Positions 12,431 through 24,660 of a DNA stretch of 64,000 nucleotides are shown here, in pieces. The notes beneath the pieces are model-generated. The model worked only from the letters and a program-made list of their open reading frames with translations, made no database searches and was not told the DNA's origin. Every line of letters begins with the position of its first letter. Position 1 is the first letter of the stretch. Source of the DNA: Glaucostegus cemiculus (lineage: Eukaryota); assembly GCA_976551045.1 (NCBI GenBank), contig CDPCPM010000369.1, positions 620,001 through 684,000 on the forward strand, given 5' to 3'. The position numbers and the translations under genes were made by a program.

Positions 12431-13779
12431 CTGGGCAAGTGTACAACCACCGCCAACCCGATGCGGCCTGTTTTATACCATCAGCTAAAACAAACATTAA
12501 ACACAGTTTGCTGAACATTGGAGCAGAGAGAACGGGCGCCTTCTTTCTGTTCCACGGTATTACGTGATATAAGTATCCGCCCTGGGTGCTATGTAAGATT
12601 AAACCTCTTTAGTTGTTGTATTGAACGTTGCAAAACGTTGCACTAAAAATGTATTCAGAAGATTGAACTGAAATATCAGAAGCCAAACAGTGAAGAGTTT
12701 ATCGAAATGCTTTATATTTCTGTAGAAGATATTTGGGATATTTTCGCGATACCAAACATTGACAAGCTGAAAGCTTATTACTGTGATCTTTACCCTGGCC
12801 CGCAGTACGTTTACATCCATTAGCGCAGTTGACTGGGCCGCGCTGGTGAAATGAAGATTAAAGAAGAGTGTGAAGCCACCAGAACTTGGTGGCGAGAGCT
12901 CCCCGAGGATGGGACGTGAGCAACATGTCATTACTCAGGGAATTGCTTTCGCGTTTCTGACACCATTGAAATCAGGTGGCCTGGAATGATTCCACAATGG
13001 CAGAGAGCGGCCTACATCAGGGCAGCCCACAGCATTTTCAGGCAATCAGCACTTTCTGCACACTGACTAAACGCCCGTCAGCACTAGAAGTGACATTCAC
13101 TTATCCAGAAGACATGAGCTTCATCAGCATATTGGTGACTTATGACTGACACCGTCTGTTGATGTGGAATAATTGGAGCAAACAATGGCAGATTCATACA
13201 AACACATGGCAGTAGCAGCGACACTCCCATCAGCGGTGCAGCAAATGGTCAGTGAATAGAAGGCGTAAGCAGTTCAGACCAGATTCACATCATTGTTAAC
13301 AGGCAAGTTTCTGAAGGAAATCGCTTTGCCCTTTGGTCTTTTAAATTGTGAAGGTAAATTGGTTCTCTTTACCTGGGAAAAGAAATTGACTGAAAAAAAG
13401 GCAAACATTACCTCTCAGTAGAACAGTTGCCAATTAGAATCGCCTCCCATTCAACCATGGTCTCCACTTAAAGGATAAAAATAAACCAGGAATATTCATT
13501 AGCTCCTTGAAATAATAGGGACTGTGGGAAGTTCTCAGTGGGAGCAGTCAGCGGGGCGTTTGGATTCTGAATTCCCAATGCCCTTTATTTCCCTCTCTGT
13601 AACAGAATGATAAACATAGTTTTACCGGCGGACACTGGACCCATTTCAGCTACCGCTGCTCTTTGGTCAATCGTACAATATTATGTGCTGGTTCATCCAA
13701 GGCGGAGTAGCGTTAGATTCCTGGGTAATACACATTAGTTTGCAAAACACCCCAGTTGGCCGTGCAGACCGGCAGCAGG

Positions 13780-14110
13780 CCCGCTGACAGCTGCCTCTGG
13801 TGGCTTAGGAAACTAGGGGAGATTCTCCAATAAGGCCCGCCATTTCACAAGAGTGCAGCCAATAGGAGGACGCTGCTTGCTGATTAAAAGTTGACTCCTC
13901 ACTCTATTCATCATGCTTTGATAATAGCTCTTGCCACCTGCCTGAACTGAATGACGTGACTGTTGCCTAGAAGCGTCTACTTGTAAAAAACATTGCGAAC
14001 TTTGACCAGCAGATGCCAAGTTTCCCAAAAGCTTCTGCGAGGGATTGGGCATTGCGGGAAGCCGGGGCTTCTGAGTGTTGGCGAGGATGGTTCGCCGAGG
14101 ATTGTGAACT
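13780..14110. promoter_or_regulatory. Candidate promoter/enhancer with paired CCAAT boxes
   Basis: CCAAT at 13827 and 13859 (32 bp apart), CGCCATTT at 13838, TGACGT at 13952, CpG-rich. Confidence 0.35.
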
Positions 14111-14764
14111 CAGTGAAGTGGGTTCCATGGGGCAGCTGCAGAACATCATCGACTGTTCTCTAGCCTTGCCATCTTGATTGAACCATATGCTAGGCTTCCT
14201 TCTCTAAACACAGAATAAGTCCATTCATGAAAACAATCTTTTTTGTTCTGCACATTGTCTAGAAGTGGAGAAAAGACTCGAAGATCAACGACACTCTCTC
14301 TTTAAAGCTGTGAAAATGTTCCAACGCCTCCAGCCTTGGCTCTGCTCTGCTGGTTTGGGGACACCACACCGACCTTCTGTTCCCTGAGGCCAGTGTTGGG
14401 GGAGAAACAGAGGGAACGGTGATGCCTCACGCACAGCCCATTACATGTAAGTGCCAGGTGGGGGTCCAAACAACTGACCAGTTCCTAAGAGCAGGAACTG
14501 ATGGTGAATTTCAGGCTGGGTCCTTTATTCATCTGGGTTTGCTGCCAATGTAGGTGGGGAAATTAAATAAAAATTCAACGATTTTACTTTTATAAGACCA
14601 CAAGGTCTTTACATTGCATGAAATAGGGCGCTTCAATTACAGGGAAGAAATGGGAACTCTGGGACTTTTCTTGCAACAGAGAAGGACATGGCGTGACCCG
14701 AGAGGGGGTTTCAAGAAGTTTAGAAAAAAATCATTCCGTGCGGCGACTAGATAGACGAGTGGTC

Positions 14765-14889
14765 ATCATGGATTCAGGAGAAGGTGATGGTGATCGTGAA
14801 TTCAGGAGAAGGTGATGGTGATCGTGGATTCAGGAGAAGGTGATGGTGATCGTGGATTCAGAAGGTGATGGTGATCGTGGTTCTGGAGG
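14765..14889. repeat. 28-bp minisatellite, about 4.5 copies
   Basis: Unit atcgtggattcaggagaaggtgatggtg at 14765, 14793, 14821, 14849 (3 bp shorter) and 14874 (partial). Confidence 0.95.
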
Positions 14890-15404
14890 CCGATGGGAAA
14901 GTTAGGAGAGGATTTCCCACTTAATTACAGGAAATGGCCAAGGCCAGCTATTAACCGAATGTTTAATTCTTTAAAATCTTCTTGTGAAAATGTGACTTGG
15001 TTATGTTTTACTTTTTAAACGATAGAACTTACTCTCGGTGTAAGAATTTCTGATATACAGACAGCAATGACTCGACAATGGCAGTGCCCCTCGCTCCGAG
15101 CACTAGCCCAAGTTCAGAACCAAAATGCGGACCAAGTGTTAGAGATATCTTTCGAGATGATCCGGGAAGCGGAAAATGCTGTTCAATGACAGAGTAGTAA
15201 TGAGGGCAGAGGTGGGAAATAAGCAGTAAGTTACACTGGGGGATACGGAACACGTCTGGGAGACGAATCGGAACACAGCGGTTCAGCTGTGGAACCAGCG
15301 CACAGAGACCATTTACACCGAGTCGTGAGTGAAACACTTCACAGCAACTGGGGAATTTACTGGGGCAATCAGAGATGTACAATAAATCCCTTCATTGCCA
15401 CGAT

Positions 15405-16530
15405 CATTACCACAAGAATCGGTGGTGGGATCCTTGCTGTTAGTCATGTACAGTAAAGATTTGGATATGAATGTAGGAGGTATGATTAGTAAATTTGCAA
15501 ATGACACAAAAATTGGAGAAGTTCTTGATAGTGAGGATAGTTGTAGGTGCAGATAATGTTGATCAGTTGCTAAGACGGGCAGAGCAAAGGCAGATAAAAA
15601 TTAACCCTGATAAATGTGAGATGATGCACACTGGGACAACCAGTGAGGGAAGGAACAGTAGAGCCCAGGGAGTGGGGACCAACAGAGGAATCCTGGCTAC
15701 GTCTAAAGATCCCTGAAGATTGCAGCATAGGTGGGTAAGATGGTGAAAAAAGATACTTATGTTCTTTGCCCTGGCTAATGAATGCAAGAGCAAGGAAGTT
15801 GTGTGTAGCAGTTAGAGTACGGCTATTACAGCGCCAGCGACCCGGGTTCAATTCCAGCCGCTGTCCGTAAGGAGTTTGTACGTTCTCCCCGTGTCTGTGT
15901 GGGTTTCCTCCGGGTGCTCTCTGTTTCCTCCCACATTCAAAAGGCGCATAGGTCAGCAAGTTGTGGGCATGTTATGTTGGCGCCGGAAGCGTGGCGACAC
16001 TTGCAGGCTGCCCCCAGAACACTCTGCGCAAAGATGTATTTCACTGTGTGTTTCGGTGTACATGTGACTAATAAATATATCTTTATAAAACATTGGTTAG
16101 GCCACAGCTGGAGTATTTTCTGCTCGCCACGCTATAGGATGTGATTTCACTGGAGAAGGTGCGGAGGATGGAGAGACTGAATAAACTGGGTTTGTTTTCC
16201 TTGGGGCAGAGCATATTGAGGGAGAACTTGTTATGAGGACAGATAGTAGAAACTTTCCCCAGAACAGATGCTCTAAAACTGGAGGGTACAGGTTTAGGGT
16301 AAAGGTAAGAGGTTTAGAGGGGGTCTAAGGAAGAACTTGGTTGAAATCTGGAACTCACTCTGAGTGCTAATGGAAGCAGAAACTCGCACATTCATTTAAT
16401 AAATATCTTAAGTGAAAATCCAAGGCATAGAAGGCAATGCAGTAAATGCTGGTAAATGGAATGATGGGTCAGTGTGGACACGGTGGGCCGAAGGGCCTGT
16501 TTCTGCGCTGTATGACTCTATAACTCCATG
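15405..16530 (+). mobile_element. CR1 LINE RT-to-3' end fragment with a SINE inserted
   Basis: PQESVVGSLLL...MISKFANDTKIG; ends gggccgaagggcctgtttctgcgctgtatgactcta. Confidence 0.88.
15800..16082 (+). mobile_element. V-SINE with alternative (Rex-like) tail
   Basis: Same head and V domain as 5720; tail gcgccggaagcgtggcgacacttg...tttcactgtgtgtttcggtgtacatgtgactaataaa. Confidence 0.9.
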
Positions 16531-18569
16531 ACCTCACTGGGTCTATACTGTAAACAATGCTGATGACATCCTGGTGTATATGGTCGGTGTGAAGGGAGAG
16601 AACCAAGTAGATAATCACCCTGAAAGGCACAGAGAGCCCTACGCCCTAAGTACACTGACATTGACGTTGAGACACTGACATTCACATTCATGACTCACTC
16701 AGAAGCGAGACAACTGTGGGTTAATGTGTGAAAGGTCTTTCGGAGAAGGCGGCAGGAGTAGAAGTACAGACATGTTTGAAGCTCAGTCTTGTGACGCCGC
16801 TTGCTTTACTCAGGGGCTATATCACCCACCCGGGAGCAAATCACCAGGCGCAACGCTCCATTCTCCAAGGCAACCAGAGCCCTTCCTACAGCTGCATACC
16901 AATATAGTTACAAGTTTAGTTCCGATGCACCCGCTCGAAGTATTGGTCCGGTCCCCCCACCCCAGTCCATGATTACACGCAATAGCTCGCCCGGGATCTT
17001 GGGAATCCTGCAGACATCAGGAAACGTTTTCGGAGAAGGAGGTGTTCCCTGTGCGTACAGGCTGATGATTTCCCACCCCCGAAATTAACGAGCAGGAATC
17101 TTTGCCCCTGAAATGAACCTCCTCCCCCCCCCCCCACACACACACACTACCATCATCACACAACACGGTCCCGAAACTTCCTTTACTTGCGATCGATCTA
17201 AACTGTTTTGTAGCATCTCGCAGTGCATCGTTTTCCTGTCCTGTTGCGTGACCTTCTAACAGTAACTGCACTTAGATCGGATCAATTGCAGTGCAGTGTC
17301 GGGGAAACCAACAAACTCTGCTTTACTGTCCAAAGTAAACGGTTCGAACCGGAGGGGTCCCAGCAACTGCGCTCCCGCTTCCCCCAGTCATTCCGAACTG
17401 TAAACACGCTACATCCCTGACAGTGTTTGACCAAGACTGGTGTCATTGTCGATTGGATGTTAACATATGGAAGTGATCGATTTTACATCATTTTCGTGTA
17501 TTCTTTAAAAAATAATAATGAGAATGAATGAAGGAGAGGCGAGTTTAACCCTTGACACACCAGTGGGGACGTTGGGCCGATCTCCGTGTTCTTGGTGGGC
17601 AGAGGATTCTGCCAATAAGTATTTCACCGCGTCAAACCCGATTGTAAAGCCTGTTCCCCATGGGGTTGCTGACTAATGGCGTTGGTGCTTGTAATGTGGG
17701 GTTAAACGGGCCGACCAACCCATTTCCGGATCACTGCTCCGGTACTTCCTGTTGCAAGTGATTTAAGTAAGCGCATCCTGCATCCATTCATGAAGTAACT
17801 CCTGTTTATTGTTACCCCCTCTTCTAACTAATTGATCTCTAACTTAGAGAGAGCCAGGTTATCACAGTTCTAAATAAAATCAGAAAATAGTCAGCACACC
17901 AGGCTGTCTGTAGAGAGAGTAACAGATACTGTTTCAGGTTGGTGACTTGAAATGTCCCACCAGAACTGGGAACATTTAGAAACGGAGAGAAGTATGAGTG
18001 TTGGAGAGAACAGGAGGAGATGACTGGCAAATTACGGTGGTACTGGTGAAGGATGGCTGATGACAGCTGATCTCTTTGGTCCAATCATCTGGAGGGAGGA
18101 AAGCGGAGGGAGGGGGAGAGAGAGAGAGAAACTGCTGGAGCTGTGATACAAACACAACAGTTGCTGGGAACCTGAAACATATCTATTGTCGAGAAAACTC
18201 AGCAGGTCAGGCAGCATCTGCAGAGGGGGAAAACTAAGCTGCATCAGCAGTGGCCAAGGACTGAAAAACAGAAGTGCTGGAAATCTGAAACAAAAGCAGA
18301 AAATGCTGGGAACTGCCAGGCAGCGTATGGAACAGAGAGTCAGAACAAGTGCCCCAAGCCAACAGACTCCCAACTACGAGGTGCCCCCTCCCTCGATAGA
18401 CTGCCTGACATTTTCAGCACCTCTAGCCTTGCCTGATCTTACATGTTTCTAGTTTGTGTCAGACCTGGTACAACATTTGTTTAATTATTGACCAGGGGTA
18501 TCCACATAACCCCATTAAATGATCATGGCAAAAGGATTCCCGAAATCATCAATAGGACAATTGAAGCGT

Positions 18570-18960
18570 GTTATATGTCGATTGGAACATAAGATCCTGG
18601 GAGGTGGGGAGGGCAATGTGGTCTTGACAGTTTGATAGTGTAGTGGTGAGAGAAAGTTTCCTTTCATGGGAGACTCCAGAACTAGGGGGATCTCTGTTTA
18701 AAGATGAGGTTACCCATTTGAAAAATAGAGTGAGTGTGTTCCTCTCATGGGGTTGTAGGTCTTTGGAATTCTGTCTCGAAAAGCACTGGGAACAGAGTCT
18801 TTGAATATTCTGAAGGGAGAGCGGATGGATTTTTAATAAACTATTGGATGAAAGGTTACCACAGGTAGAGTCGAGGTTACAAGAAGATCATCCATGATCT
18901 CATTAAGTGATGGAACAGTTTGAAGCTAAGTGGCCAAATCCTGCTCCTAATTCTTGTTCA
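18570..18960 (+). mobile_element. Old CR1 3' end fragment
   Basis: atgggagactccagaactaggggg, ctttggaattct and gccaaatcctgctcctaattc, typical of CR1 3' ends. Confidence 0.65.
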
Positions 18961-19834
18961 TAATTCATATTACAATTCTACCTTTAAACAAAGCTAGACC
19001 AGCCATATCAATCCAATAATGACAGGAACATGTTAATTAGTATGTATTCTACAGCAAGTGACTTAATTGCTGACATTTAAACCCTTTCCTCAAAGTAAAA
19101 GTCAAGAGTGCAGTGAAGCATTCATTACTTATCTGGCTGTGAACATTCACAACAACACTCAAGAACACTGACACTATACAACTTAGTGTCAGTGCCAGCC
19201 ACTTAATCAATACCTCTATCACTGGACGCAATATCCAAACACTCCACCACCTACATACTGTGGGTAAAGAAATGTGCAGAATAGCAAGTCACTTCTAAAA
19301 TCAACTAGTCGAATGGGCAAGTAATTGGCAACTGAAATTTAATGCTGAACACTGTAAAGTATAAATTAAATGGTATATATTTGTGAAGGGAGCTGAAGGA
19401 CATGTGTACACGTAAATTGGTGAGTTGGTTCGTTATCATGTGTACCGAGGTACAGTGAAAATCTTGCTTTGCGTACCATTCATACAGATCACTTCATTAC
19501 ACAGTAATTACACATTGAGGTAGTATAAGGTTAAGGAATAACAGAGTGCAGAATAAAGTGTAATAGCTACAGAAAAAGTGCAGCATGTGCATAAATCCTG
19601 GAAAGTAGCAGCGTATGTGAGACAGTGGTTAATAAATAATTTGAGATCCGGAGATACAAAAACGTGGAGGTTATATTAAATGAATAATACAGAGGCCACA
19701 ACTAGAGTCTGGGCACCTAACTTTAGAAAGGATGCGAAGGCCCCCGAGAAAATACTGGAAAGATTTATGAAAATGTTTCCAGTGTTGCGGGATTTCTGTT
19801 TTAAGGTTAGACCGTAGAAGCTGGGATCGTTGCA

Positions 19835-20225
19835 ATTCACAGAAAGTGCTTGAGGAAATCAGCAGGTCAGGCAGCATCGAAGGAGGGAAATAGACGTTTC
19901 GGGCCGAGACCCTTCATCAGGACTGGAAAGGAAGAGGGCAGAAGCCGGAATAAGAAGGTGGGGGAGGGGAAGGAGCACACGCAGGCAGGTGATAGGTGAG
20001 TTCAGGTGACAGGCGAGTCCAGGTGAGAGGGGAAGGTAGGTAGGTGGTGGGGCGGGGAAGATGTAATAAGCTAAGAGGTGATAGGTAGAAGAGGCAAAGC
20101 GACGAAGAAGGAGTCCGGTAGGAGAGGGCAGTGGACTATGGAATAAAGGATGGAGGAGGGGAGGAGATGAGATGGGCAGGTCACCAAGGCGGGGGAAAGG
20201 AGCCACAGGAATAAGGGAAGACAAG
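19835..20225 (-). mobile_element. Penelope-like element terminal fragment
   Basis: gaggaaatcagcaggtcaggcagcatc...gacgtttcgggccgagacccttcatcaggactgg followed by a purine-rich tract; homologous to 52428-52905. Confidence 0.8.
19893..19925 (-). ncRNA. Minimal hammerhead ribozyme core (Penelope type); 3' strand of stem I missing
   Basis: Minus strand CAGTC-CTGATGA-A-GGGT-CTCG-GCCC-GAAA-CGTC. Confidence 0.65.
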
Positions 20226-21600
20226 GAATAAGGGACTGTTCTTTCTTGGGAGAAAATGTTTTAATCATGACGTACTAGATCATGAATGGTTTAGATGTGT
20301 AGATAATTCAAGAACCAGGGGCCATAGATGTGAAGAACGTTTTACACAGAACGTGGTTAAATTTTGAAATTCGCTGCTTAAATGAGTGGTGAAAGCAGAA
20401 TCAATCGGAGCCTTAACATGTTAGAAGAGAATAATGTGCATTGCTACGAGGAAAGATCAGGGGAATGGAACTAATAGGACTGCTGTCTTAGGAACCGGCA
20501 TAAATTCAGTGGGCTGTATGGCCTCTTTCTGTGCTGCAAAATACTGTGATTCTATGAAGGGTGCAGGATATAATACAGAAATGAGCAATTGTTTCACGAG
20601 TCCCCGAAGGTTATCGGTAAAGACTAAAGCTGCAAAGTCATGGACAACACCTCAAGCACAGGATTCCCCCTCCTTCTCAGAGACACACACCATTCCAACT
20701 CGGACATTTTGTTTTGCATCTTCCAATCTCTCGAATTCCCTACCTGATACTCGTGCCTCTGAAGATGCAGTAATCAAACGCTGCTATAAGCAGACCAAAC
20801 GCATGAGGTTCCAGTTTGTTGGATGCCGGTGGACTCCCCAATATATTACATCACGTGAGCTCATGAAACTCTCCTGCAATAAAAATGCAACCCTCCAATC
20901 AGCTGATATAAATATTGAAATAATGGAAAAAATTACGTCATGATTCGGCAGAACGTTAATCTGTCAATGAATCCTTTCATCGGTTCATAAATTTTCCCAA
21001 AATGTAATTTATTCATAATATTTGAAAATATATAATACAAAACATTCATGGTAGGCATATCATTCCATTTGCTTACAAGATTTTCATTGTATCAGAATGA
21101 CCTCAGTCTTTCCTCCACAGACATTCCTGAGTACTCGGTCCAAGAGGTGTTTACACCGTTTGCAGAACCACTCGCGTGCAGTGGCAGAAAGACTAAGTGT
21201 GGCCGCCGAAACGTTCACTTTGGACATATTGAGGGAATCAAGGAATATGAGGTTAGGGCAAGATAAAGGATCAGTCATGATGTTATTAATTGGCAGAACA
21301 GGAGGAAGGGACCGAATGGCCTATTACTGCTTCTCTTTGTTATGCTCTTCCGTGGACCCAAATTCACAGACCGATTAATTCGCCAGTTTAGTAGATGTGA
21401 CCACTGCCAGTGTTTTTTTTCAAGTTGTGCAATGGATGATGAAAACTGGATTTACATTTGAAATTCCGCGCTCTTTTGCTCTTCCTTGATCAATTTCCGG
21501 TGATTGCTTGGAGAGAAATCAAGGCAACTTAACAAGGAAAATCAACCCTATATACTTCGTCTAATTATTGTAGACACAGTTGCTTCCTGGAAATACAAGC

Positions 21601-22110
21601 GTCTTAAATTGATATATTGTCAATTAAGTAGATAAAAATCGTACATTCAGATATTTAATATTACACCAATCGCACATCAGAATTAAGATTAATAGAATCA
21701 AATATTAATTACGTGCAAATATTCATATTTAATGGGACTATTAACAGAAAGGATACTGACGTTTAGCTTAATTCTAACAATTATACATTCCATAGTAAAT
21801 CGGATTAATATAACCAAAGATATTTAATTGGATAAGTACCAGCACATATTTTAATATTTAATAGGAATGTTTAATTAAAGACCCTCAAATTTAATTTGAT
21901 TATTGCCACCAATGATACTTATAATTAGATTATTACAAACATGCATTTTCATATTTAATTGTATTATAATATATTCTATATTAAGTGTGATTATTAGTTA
22001 GTCATTCATACATCTAGTAGAGCAATTACGCACATTCGTCGTTACGTTTTGTGATTATTATAATCAGCGCCATTTACGTTTAATTGAATTATTTCAATTA
22101 TATTTCTATA
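21601..22110. repeat. Highly degenerate AT-rich tandem array, ~30-35 bp period
   Basis: Recurring TATTTAATT(G)GATTATTA-like core about a dozen times. Confidence 0.55.
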
Positions 22111-22379
22111 TATTGAGTCAGAGTGGAGGGTTCAAATATTATATTACTGATGTTCCGAAATGGATAAGATTCAGAATGTCTTTCCCAAATCGCTCCCTAT
22201 TACACAGAGTGGCTCATTTATGTCTGGGACAGCCAGAGGATAACAATCTTGTTACAAATTGATATATTGGTTTAATTACTGGATTGTTTCTAATCAATTA
22301 CTTCGGGTATTTTATCTAAGGACTTGAAATTAGTTTGTCAGTGAAATAGAACGCGACGAAAAGAACCTTTTGTAGCAGG

Positions 22380-22740
22380 AATATGAGCTGCCGTGTCAAT
22401 AAATTGACTCTCTCCATCCAGATAGAGGGCTGTAATCTGCCCCGTTCAAATTTATTTAGACCTTGTAGGTATTTCATATGTCAGTGTGCCATTATTAGAC
22501 AACTTTAATTAGCCTTCTGTGCCCGCTGCTACTAACAAGTATTTAATTAACTTCATCCCAGGGTAATTAGCTTTAGATGGCTGATGATTTCATGTCTCAC
22601 CTTCTGCAGACACTCAGCCAGGGTTTTGCAGCTTGTCCTGCTGACAGCGTAATGGATAGCATCTCTCGGAAACATAATGTCAAGGCTGACTGGTCTAATC
22701 AAAGGAAGACAGCAGACGATAAAAGAGAAAATAATGACTG
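22380..22740. promoter_or_regulatory. Enhancer-like block (putative conserved non-coding element)
   Basis: Unique sequence dense in TAATTA/TTAATTAA, TGACAG/TGTCA and ATCAAAG motifs; conservation not tested. Confidence 0.5.
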
Positions 22741-23944
22741 TCGGGTCTTGGTCCGAAAGTGCAACAAAAAGACCACAGATCAGATGGTTGAACACAATGG
22801 ACGGCTAAAAAGAAAAGACGTGATTTAGCTTGTAGTAGAAAAGTAGTGGATGAGGACGGGGCTCGAACAGGGAGTTACAGGATCTGAAATAAAAGTACTA
22901 CAGAAAGTGGAAATTCGGGTCGTGGCCTGGTTTGGAAGCAGAAATACAGAGTGTCCCTGCCTCGAACGCGCAGCGAGCGGAACCACTGCACCAGTGGCCA
23001 GCCAAAAGCCACAAACCAGACGAACGGTCGTAGATGGACTACAGTGCCCCAAACAAATATGATCGTTGTCCAGCGCCCTCGGGAAATAACCAGGAATCGA
23101 CTCGGAAACGTTTGAACAGTTAAAGTTATTGGGTCAAACTCAAATTTAGTTCAAAACGTTGATTGGAAATAAAATGTGTAGCAAATTCGCCAGTGTCAAT
23201 ATCTGCTCACCACCACCCCACCCCCCGGCCCCAATAAAAACAGAAAATCTGCTTGATTTTACTGGAATTCGTGGCTATTCCTCATTGATCTCCGAGTTGA
23301 GATGGTTTAATTTTAATTTAATTTCGTGTGTGTTGCTTAATTTTATCTGTTGTTTGTTAGGGACTTCAATATGACAAAAATCCCCGAACAGTGATGGCGT
23401 GTGAGGAATTGGGATAAATCTGTACCAAATGATCTACTGAACACACTAACCGTCCCTTCTCTCCCCTCTGCTAATTAAGTAGCGCCAATGTCTCTCGGTT
23501 ACTTCAGTGAACTGTAAACATTAGACTTTAAAGATGGTTTGTTTGCTTAGGAACTACACTTCTTCAAACACAAAATAAGAACCGGGTACTGGTTAAAATT
23601 CTGTTTATCTACGCTGTTCCTAATAATCTGTGGGTGAGTTTCTATCAAAGTTTAAATTGTATTCAAAACTTAAATATGTTTATTTTCCAAAGTTGAAATA
23701 GTTCATTCTGTCTCCAAATAATTTGCACATATGAGTCAATGATGATAAGTTAGACTGGGCGTAATTAATTTGTGAGATCTATTTCTGCTTGCATTAACAG
23801 CACATTGCCTATTCCTGCTCTTCAACGAGTTTTAAAACCTCCAACTTGCTGACCCGGCTCCGTCTCATCATGTATTCGGCGATGCAGTTTTTAATTCCAG
23901 ATTCAACGGCCGAGTTTTCTGTGTCAGCTCTTTATTTTTGTATT

Positions 23945-24660
23945 TTCATATTAACAGTAGTTTCCCATTTAATTTATGTCGAACATTATTAAGAGTTGTA
24001 TTATAAGTAACAATAGTCAGCCTCGCATCTCCACTGAGGACACAGTTCAGGATATGCCCCTCTGTAAAATAATTATCCATTTTAATTACACAATTTTTGT
24101 TTAGCAAATATGGAATGCAATTACCAAGGATACACTGTTTACCGATTAATGAGAGAGCTGGCAAAAAGACAATTTTTTTTCTGTACAACATATTTACATA
24201 AATTAGCATTAGCAATCAGTCAGTGGATAGTCCCACAGTGAACAATAGACTTAACTTGAATTTTCTAAAGGGTTTGGAATCATACCACTTCATTCCTTTC
24301 ACAATGTGAAGTTCCAAAATCGGATAGGACATGCAGAAGTTTTTGGAAGAGCCCTCGTTTTCCCCCTAAACTACAATTTGCAATTTATTTAGAGCCTGCA
24401 GTGGTGATTGCTACTTATGGCAGCAATTGCGTTGTCAAGTTCTCATAGTAAGTGCCTTGCTATGTCATGCCAAGTCCTGTCAGACGCTATCCAGTTTTTG
24501 CATGTGAACAGGTCAGCTCCGTACGCCTCAGCATATCATTTTCAACTGACAAATCCATTAGGGTTATTCATTTTGCTGATGACGTCCTTACTAGTGAAGA
24601 GAGAGAAATAACAGAGCTCCATCAAATCAGATACCACATGTAATTTTGCTGTAAATAGAA
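23945..24660. promoter_or_regulatory. Two enhancer-like blocks (23945-24250 and 24370-24660)
   Basis: Many TAAT/ATTA, AACAAT (Sox), TGACA and TGACGT motifs in repeat-free sequence; conservation not tested. Confidence 0.45.

Larger units (their letters stand above)
19310..20555 (+). mobile_element. Fragmented CR1 3' half hosting a Rex tail (19420-19585) and a Penelope fragment
   Basis: aaatttaatgctgaacactgtaaagt, aggccacaactagagt and gggctgtatggcctctttctgtgctg segments appear in CR1 order. Confidence 0.6.

Noticed and set aside
14765-14889. CRISPR-like 28-bp repeats
   Set aside because: Head-to-tail with no spacers, eukaryotic context, no cas genes.
20434-20943. 169-aa ORF
   Set aside because: Starts in a CR1 3' UTR with a non-ATG codon and has no recognisable domain.
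23391-23450. Possible C/D snoRNA (GTGATGG...CTGA)
   Set aside because: Imperfect C box, weak terminal stem, no recognisable guide sequence.
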